A stretch of 64,000 nucleotides of DNA, from contig CAVNZM010000016.1 of NCBI GenBank assembly GCA_963693365.1, forward strand, positions 3,189,957 through 3,253,956. Direction: 5' to 3'. Both the position numbers and the translations under genes were made by a program. Under the pieces are notes generated by a model, which saw only the letters and a list, made by a program, of their open reading frames with translations, was not told where the DNA came from and searched no databases. Source of the stretch: Amoebidium appalachense (Eukaryota > Protista > Ichthyosporea). Positions 46,137-64,000 of the stretch are shown piece by piece (within the stretch, counting starts at the first letter, position 1; each line of letters opens with the position of its first letter).

Positions 46137-46437
46137 TACGAGCATGTGATTGTGCCTGTGCATGTGAGCGTGCATGCGGATGTAGCAGGTATGTGCGGGT
46201 GTGCATGCTGCATGCCCTGTGCTGCGTGTTTGAGTGTATGTGCGCGAACATGTGTTGTGATACATACATGTGTTCCTGTGTCCTTGTGTGTTGCACTTTC
46301 TGTGATACTATATGTGTACTTATACTGTATGGGCCTACAGGAGCATAGGCTGTGGGCCACACCGGATAGTTGCTGTCACCCAATCAGGCGACATTGTCAT
46401 GTGGGGCAACTCACACTCATATGTAAGTGCTGCATAG

Positions 46438-46472
<35 letters not shown>

Positions 46473-46474
46473 CC

Positions 46475-46505
<31 letters not shown>

Positions 46506-47051
46506 ACACACAAACACACAAACAAAAAGAAAAGAAACAAAAGGGGAGGGGGGGGGGGGGGGGGGGGTAGAACGAAAGGAAGTGCAAAAGGTTGCTGGTT
46601 GCTGGTTGCTTTTTTCGGCCACTCACTTTCTTTTTTTTTTTCTTTGTGTTCAAAATTTTGGTCGGATCATCCTGATGCTTATTTGCCCCGTGTAAGCTTT
46701 CCGGTGTGTACTGTCACTATTTTTCTAGTCGTTGGGCCAGTAGCCATTTAAAGGTCGTGGTGGTATTGGGAGAGGGGGGGTGGTTTTACCTTTAAAGAAA
46801 TAAAATAATAAGTGAAATAAAATACCATCCTTTTTGTTCATTTATTTGTCATATTCCTACTTTCTTTAGTTGTTTTGTAATGTATCTAGGCCCGCTACAG
46901 CGGTTAATCATCTTTATTGTGCTTGCTGTTATTCCTCTTACATAATGATTTTTCCTCCCAGGGCCCCAGCTTTGCGAAACCCACAGTTCTGCGCCAAGGT
47001 CTCGGGGTTACCCGGGCAAGTGCCGGCTACGATTTCACCATTGCCTATTGA
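38011..47051 (+). CDS. RCC1-repeat protein with a predicted mitochondrial presequence (RCC1L/WBSCR16-like), 442 aa, 16 exons
   Basis: The N-terminus [17 protein letters not shown] is Arg/Ala/Leu-rich with no acidic residues. RCC1 blades: [79 protein letters not shown]. Exons: 38011-38063, 38436-38552, 39031-39062, 39238-39385, 39967-40036, 40362-40490, 41313-41375, 41623-41695, 42180-42235, 43183-43293, 43945-44022, 44876-45002, 45380-45414, 45646-45710, 46341-46422, 46962-47051 (1329 nt). Confidence 0.85.
40491..40920. repeat. Minisatellite, about 13-14 units of about 29 bp
   Basis: The unit CACATGCACACTGTACGTGTACATGCACA repeats from the splice donor of RCC1-like intron 6 onward. Confidence 0.9.
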
Positions 47052-47288
47052 CGCACCAATCAAATTGCTTGAATGGGTCAGCACGTGATCATGCACAGAA
47101 GGCTCCACCTCCCTGGCCATTTGCAAACATTTTTGAGTGACAGTGAACCATATTTGACGAACTTTGGGATTTGAGCGTTACAGGGACTGTTTTCGGGCAG
47201 ATATAGCTTAGATTTTTGATCATGGCACCGCATGTATGAAGAGCTCCAAGATTTTACGGCACACGCCTGCTGACTCTTTTTTTTTTTT

Positions 47289-47330
<42 letters not shown>

Positions 47331-49156
47331 GGGGGACACCTGCCGTTTCTCCTTGTGGCAAAAACAGGATGAATCGGTACAGTATAGTTGCATGTGCAAG
47401 ATATGAGAACGAAGGCAAAAGTGGTTTGTGTAAGACTTGAGTGCATTTGTTTAATGTGAAATTCGGCCATTACATTCGCGCACATCCCTCTAGTGATAGC
47501 ACCTAATGAGCAATCACCATGATCAGAGACACTTTGCCGCACCAGGAGCCTTAGGGTTGATAAGATTTGCAAACACCAGGGTGTTGTGTGTACTGTTCTT
47601 CCTTAAATACTTCTAGAAGAACATGTCCAAAAATTCGGGCACTGCACGTTGTTGTACAACGTGACGGATGTGTCTGCAGCGTCAATAAATAGAGTTGTAT
47701 CGAACAGGAACCTGGTATTTTCAGCCCGTGATGTGATTTACATGTACAGTGTTGTTCAATGATGCACATACACCTGTATATATATTGAACGTGAAGCTGT
47801 GGTGTGCAAGTGGGTGGGTGCTTTTGGCCGGGCTCCTGGTGTGCCAACCTGGTACCTGAATTCTCCCCCCTCTCCCCCCCCCATCCCCCAAAAAACACAC
47901 ACATACACACAAACACACACACTCTCTCTTTCTTTCACATACACACACACACACACACACACACGTGCACACACACACACACACACACGCACACACACAC
48001 ACAACACTCCCACCACCACGCCACGAACCCCCCCCCTCCTCCCTTCCCCCTCCCCCACCCCCACCACCACCACCACCACCATGGCCACTACCACCCCCCC
48101 CCCCCCAAAAAAAAAAAAGACACACAAACGCACCGAGGCTCTGTTATTGAAGCAATCATACAACAATATATGCAAAGGAGCAAATCAAAGATACGGACTT
48201 TATAGCATCATCAGTACGTACATACCGAGTGCATACTGTGCCCTGTACGCCGCCACAGCATCACAAGTCACAAACGTGCACGCAAATAAAATCAAAACAC
48301 GAATTTTTCGCATGATCCATCAATATCTTCCTACCCAAATCCCTATGCAATGTCCTTGCTTCGGCCGGCCTAGGCCTAGCTAGGAAGCACAGTGGTATTT
48401 AACAAGTACCGCATGGTATAGGCTTCGGAGTATACTGCATGCAGGTTTGCGCAAAACTGGTATATATATAAATGGCCCGTACACCCTAGCAACAAATCCA
48501 ACTACACCATTGACACCCCTAGAGCTGCGGGCTAATCGTTTTAATACATGACAGCACACACGTAGAAGCATGCCTTTGTGCACACACAACCGGAAGTGCT
48601 GATAAGGATCAGATCTAAATTTGACAATGGCCATTCGGAGATTTCAACATCATGCATCAGACATGAAGATATATATATGCTAGTATTATTGGTCAAAGCA
48701 TGTGAAAAGATGCATCTCTTCGTACCTTACTTCATGTACAGCAGTACTAAAATACTTCCGACCTAAAAGTTTGTACGTTTAGAGCCTCAAAGCTTTCAAT
48801 GCCAGTGGGCACTGTCGTTACGTAATTCTCAATCGCACCATTACATTTTTGTTTAGGACTTTGCCTTAATATGACCGAGTCTAACACACCAACATACCAA
48901 AACGTTTTGAAATTTGTTTTCTGATCTCATAACCGTCGGCGATTGCGCGCTATACCGCAAAAGGTCAGGAGATCATGACGTGTCCGTGTCACTCCGTGAT
49001 CAGAAAAACACGAGTTTTGGCGCGCGCAACAACACCTGTTTTTTTCGTTTTCGTGTCACTGACAGCTGTGTCAGTGTGCTGCCCAGTAATTAGTTACACT
49101 TCATATATACTGCTAGCTCTATATTTTGTTAGCTTTTGGGTCGGAAGAAGTACACC

Positions 49157-57206
<8,050 letters not shown>

Positions 57207-57939
57207 AATTGTGTGGGGGAAAGGGGGGGGGGGGGGGGGGGGGGGTAACGCGCGGTTGGAGGCACATGCGCATGCAGTAGAAGGGACAAGTGATAATTTC
57301 AATAACCGAATGACGATGATAAGTAGGCTGTTTATTGGCCGTCTAATAAAAAAAAATTGGTTCGTTTGTTTGGGATTTTTTTTTTTTGGGGGGGGGGGGG
57401 GGATTGGAAGTTTTTATGTGTATACCTAGCGGCTCAGACATTGGTTTGGGGGCTCTGTACATGTGTGCAGGTAGATAAGTTGTAGGTGAAGTTAGAGGCG
57501 TAGTGGCGCAATCTATGGGGTTTCTTCATGAAAGAGTGGTAGGTTATGGTATGTGAAATTTAGGGTTCGCTTTGACGCCTGTATGTACTCAGCATTACCT
57601 GGCCGGCTCTGGTTTCATTTTTTTTTTTTTTTTTGCATTGCATTGCATTGCATTGCATTTGCGTGACAGGCCCCCTCAGCAAGTCAGTTATGACTCAGTA
57701 ATCATACATATCCCTTTTTATTTTGCTCTCGTTACCTTCGTTTTGTTTGCTGGAAAAATAAACAAGAAGAGGAAGGTCTTCATGAATCTTGCACAATGCA
57801 ACAAAGATGCGAGCAAACCCTATGAACAGTTTTCAATACATCATTTATTATGCTCAAAATGAGCACTTTTCAAATATATCGCCCCGTGACTCCCCCCCCC
57901 CTCCCCCTCCCCCCCCCCCACACACAACACACACACAAC

Positions 57940-58533
57940 ACACGTACACAGAGAATGGCGTCTACCAACGTATATTGGCATCAGAATATGTCATTGAATA
58001 TAGCAATTCCTATATATGGTGCAATCGCCGTCTCAAGATATTGCACAATTTACATACAAAGGGGGGCCTTGAAGAGCCGCCGATAGATACTCCTCAATAG
58101 AATGGGTGTAGGTCACGGTGTGTGGAGGCAGCTGCACAGATAATCCTCGCTGGGCACTTACCCAGAATGGGCGAAGATCTAGAGCTTCATCTGTTGGCAT
58201 CATATTTTCTTTTCTTCATGTTATCCAAGTAACATGGAAAAATTCTGATCCCAGATTGCAGGATTTGAGTGTTTGAACCGTAGTATGATTAATCCACTCC
58301 ATATGTCCAGCGAAAGGTGTGCTGTACACCGTGTATGCAACCCTGAGACTGCATGAATCTTGTGTCCGCGGCCAACTTGTGAATCGTTGATGGAATACAC
58401 CAATGATGCGAGAAAAAAGGCTTCCATATTTATTTGATTACTGGATTCATAATGGGCACGGTTTTGAAATAGATCACACCCCGACTATTCCAACCCCCCC
58501 CCCCTCCCCCCACCACCACCACCACCACCACCA

Positions 58534-58614
<81 letters not shown>

Positions 58615-58880
58615 GGCACACACAATTCATCCGGCCCTCGTTTTGCTGGTCGCAGGATCTCCATCTACTGCTAAGGGTGTTCTCCCCCTCTCCCGCAATC
58701 AAACTAAACCAACCATATACGCACTTTTTCGTTTCGTTGGCTGTGGGTGCACCCGGTCATGGGTATCGTAATGCACACCAGAGGTGCACATTGACGACCT
58801 TCCTTTGTTTCACCGATTGAGTCAGACACCCCAAACACTCTGCAAAATCAAAACATATCCTAAACGATTACGCATGCCGG
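57940..58880 (+). pseudogene. Possible degenerate Mutator-like transposase remnant
   Basis: Fragments in different frames (YTENGVYQRIL, FLHVIQVTWKN, YLFDYWI, ISIYC..SN*TNHIRTF) occur in the order expected for MULE motifs, but with stops and frameshifts. The match is weak. Confidence 0.22.
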
Positions 58881-59089
58881 TGTGTAGTAGGAATTGTCAC
58901 ATCAATGTGTGAATGATGTGTGAATGCGGGTGTGGTGAGAGGGAGCATTGGGGTGCAGATGATGGAGGCTGTGAGAGGGTCGCGATCGGGGGTTGGGGGC
59001 AACGAGCAGACGTCTTATGCTGTGTGTGTATTTGTAGTAGAGCGGAGGGGGGTATGAAGGGTAAAGGGATTTTTCTTTTCTTTTCTTTT

Positions 59090-59158
<69 letters not shown>

Positions 59159-59911
59159 AACGTGAATCATCACGACACATATTGTCCCTTGACAATAAGG
59201 TACCGGTGCACAGTGTTGAGCCCCAGGGGGGATGATACGTGCAGGTGCAGTTTTTTGTTGCCGGGGGAGGGGAGTATGAGGGAAGGGGAGGGGGAGAACA
59301 ATTTTGAAATGGAGGACTCCGAGGGCCCGGGGACACGGCTGTGTGTGCTCTCCCCCCGTCCCACAATCAAAGGATACAAATCATTTCACAATTTTTGGCT
59401 GTGGGGTCAAGGTTAGCTCGGGTGACCAGCCCGTTGAACAAACAGTGCACCACACAGGTGCAACAAGGCAGGCAAAGAACCCAGTGCCTTTATCTTAAGA
59501 ATTGGTCGCCCCTGAGCATATTGCGCAATGAAAAACGTTTGGCGTTGAACCATACCATGCATGTGTGATAGGAGTGTGACTTTTGTAAATGTGGGTGTAG
59601 GTCACATAGGTACGAATCTGGGGCTGGCTGGGGCGCAGATTGATGGAGGCCGGGGGAGGGTTTGGGTTCAATGAGCATTTACTTTTTGTTGTGTAGTTAG
59701 TGGCAGTGGGCGGGGGGAAGGGCGGGAGGCGGGGGGGGGGGGGGGGGAGGGAGAGGGGAATCGTTTTTGTACATGTTTACTAATAGAGCTGTTTCAATAG
59801 TTAAATGCCTCGTCTTATGCCAATAGTATTTTCAAAAATAAAACTCGGTGAGTACAGATGCTTTCAAATGGTTCATTGCACATTTTTGTGAATGGCTATG
59901 TAATCATTCAT

Positions 59912-59978
<67 letters not shown>

Positions 59979-61069
59979 CCGCCCGATTATCCCACAATCA
60001 AGCTACACGGAAAACTGCTCTAGCATTCATCTGGCTGGTGCACAGTTGGGTCGGGTGGCGTCGCCCTCCCAACCCCTAACTTTGCCTCCCCAGGCACACA
60101 GAAAAATCTCGATGAGGGAAAAGAACTAACCTGTCCCTAGGCTGGATCACCCCCCCCCCCCCCCCCCCCCCCCCCCCGCCTCCCGGACCCCCCCCCCCCC
60201 CCCCCGCCCCCGAGCTCTCTGGAATAGCTCGTGTGTGTGTGTGTGCATCACATTGTGTGTATGTGTGTTTGTCTGTGTGTGTAAAACGTGTGTGTGTGTG
60301 TGCGCACACAAGGATGCATGGTAACTTGATGTTTGTGTTTTTTCTGTGTGTGTAGATCCCCTCGTTTTACAACATGTATCACGTTTTGGATACGGACACA
60401 CAGGTCTGGACAATCGATTATATCGGTCTAACCACGTCCACCCCACGGACACAAGAAAATCATAAAAGAAGGCCAGGATTTGCACCGTGACGTAAAAAGT
60501 ACTTTTGGTTGGAAGTGTTCAGCTTTCCGTCTGTCTTCACCGACTTTGAGTTAGATTGACCATACCTATCTAATTAGAATTGGAATGAACCTATGTAAAG
60601 GAAAGAAAGTTAAGACAGCGATTATTGTCCTGTTTATGTGTGAGGTTCCTGGGTGCCTGTCACCCACGCAAAGACAGCGGCATCGCAACATTGTTAAGAC
60701 ATGTATGAAAAACGGTAAAAACCAGATAAAAACAAAAAGAAAAATGGAGTGAACTACAGCAGATGTAGAGTAGTCTGTCTGTTCACTTCGTTGTGCAACA
60801 CATTGGAATTGTCAGATGGTGACGGTGGCCGGCCCACACAGGGCTGCAGCCACGGCCCCACTCTCCACTTATTTTCACTTTATTTTTAGATCCCAATTCT
60901 ATTGATTGCAGTCTCCCCTCACCTAACGCGACATAACTTGCACACACACGGGCCCGCCCGTGCATTTCTTATCTACATCCCTAATAACAAATTTGTCGCA
61001 GATACCCACCAAAACAAAAAACCCAAAAACCAACCTCTGTCCAGTTTCGAATCACTGTATGTGTAAACG

Positions 61070-61260
61070 TGATCACGTGCACATCACGTCCATGTCCAGT
61101 GCATACCACGTGCCACATAATATAAATATCACGTGCAAATCACGTGCATATGAACATTAGGTGCATATCACGCACGTGCATATGAATATCACGTTCAAAC
61201 CACGTGCACATGCACATCACGTGCAAATCACGTGTCTCATATCACGTGCACAACACGTGA
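61070..61260. repeat. Degenerate (ATCACGTGCA)n array with about 10 CACGTG E-boxes
   Basis: CACGTG recurs about 10 times in 190 bp, directly 3' of the PMM stop codon. Confidence 0.8.
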
Positions 61261-61265
61261 CACAG

Positions 61266-63838
<2,573 letters not shown>

Positions 63839-63889
63839 CTGTGCATCAAACACATGTGCATGTGGGAACGGGCACGTGTCTCTTATATA

Positions 63890-63921
<32 letters not shown>

Positions 63922-64000
63922 AAAAAAAAAAAAGAAAGAAAGAAACAAAGGGGGGAAAAAAGAAAGAAAAGGAAAAACGAACACACACACACCACGAATT

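Noticed and set aside
47550-48700. Possible small minus-strand gene between the RCC1-like gene and KAT8
   Set aside because: There are some splice-like signals, but I could not build a consistent, recognisable reading frame.

Overview
Intron-rich eukaryotic DNA. The KAT8 and Rab24 proteins look animal-like, so a unicellular holozoan is plausible, but that is inference. Nearly all long ORFs in the supplied track are artefacts of poly-G/C and (GT/CA)n tracts. Splicing by hand gives: an orphan gene (+, 2951-5821), a possible small minus-strand gene (last exon 6079-6290, weakly bS21m-like), Rab24 (+, 6973-11305), MMS19 (-, 13885-34488, 27-28 exons), a gene with a C-terminal SAND/TDBD-like module (+, 35184-37161), an RCC1-repeat gene with a mitochondrial-type presequence (+, 38011-47051), KAT8/MOF (+, 49157-57206) and the 3' part of phosphomannomutase (-, 61266-63838). 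Non-coding structure includes a foldback with 127-bp arms, two TTAA-flanked piggyBac-like insertions, a 74-bp TIR element with a 5-bp target-site duplication, two minisatellites anchored at splice donors, a poly-G-bounded duplication, an E-box array and a TTACGTAA motif in three promoters. I found no clearly new multi-gene system. The best leads are the unusual intron architecture, the SAND/TDBD-like protein and the 74-bp element.
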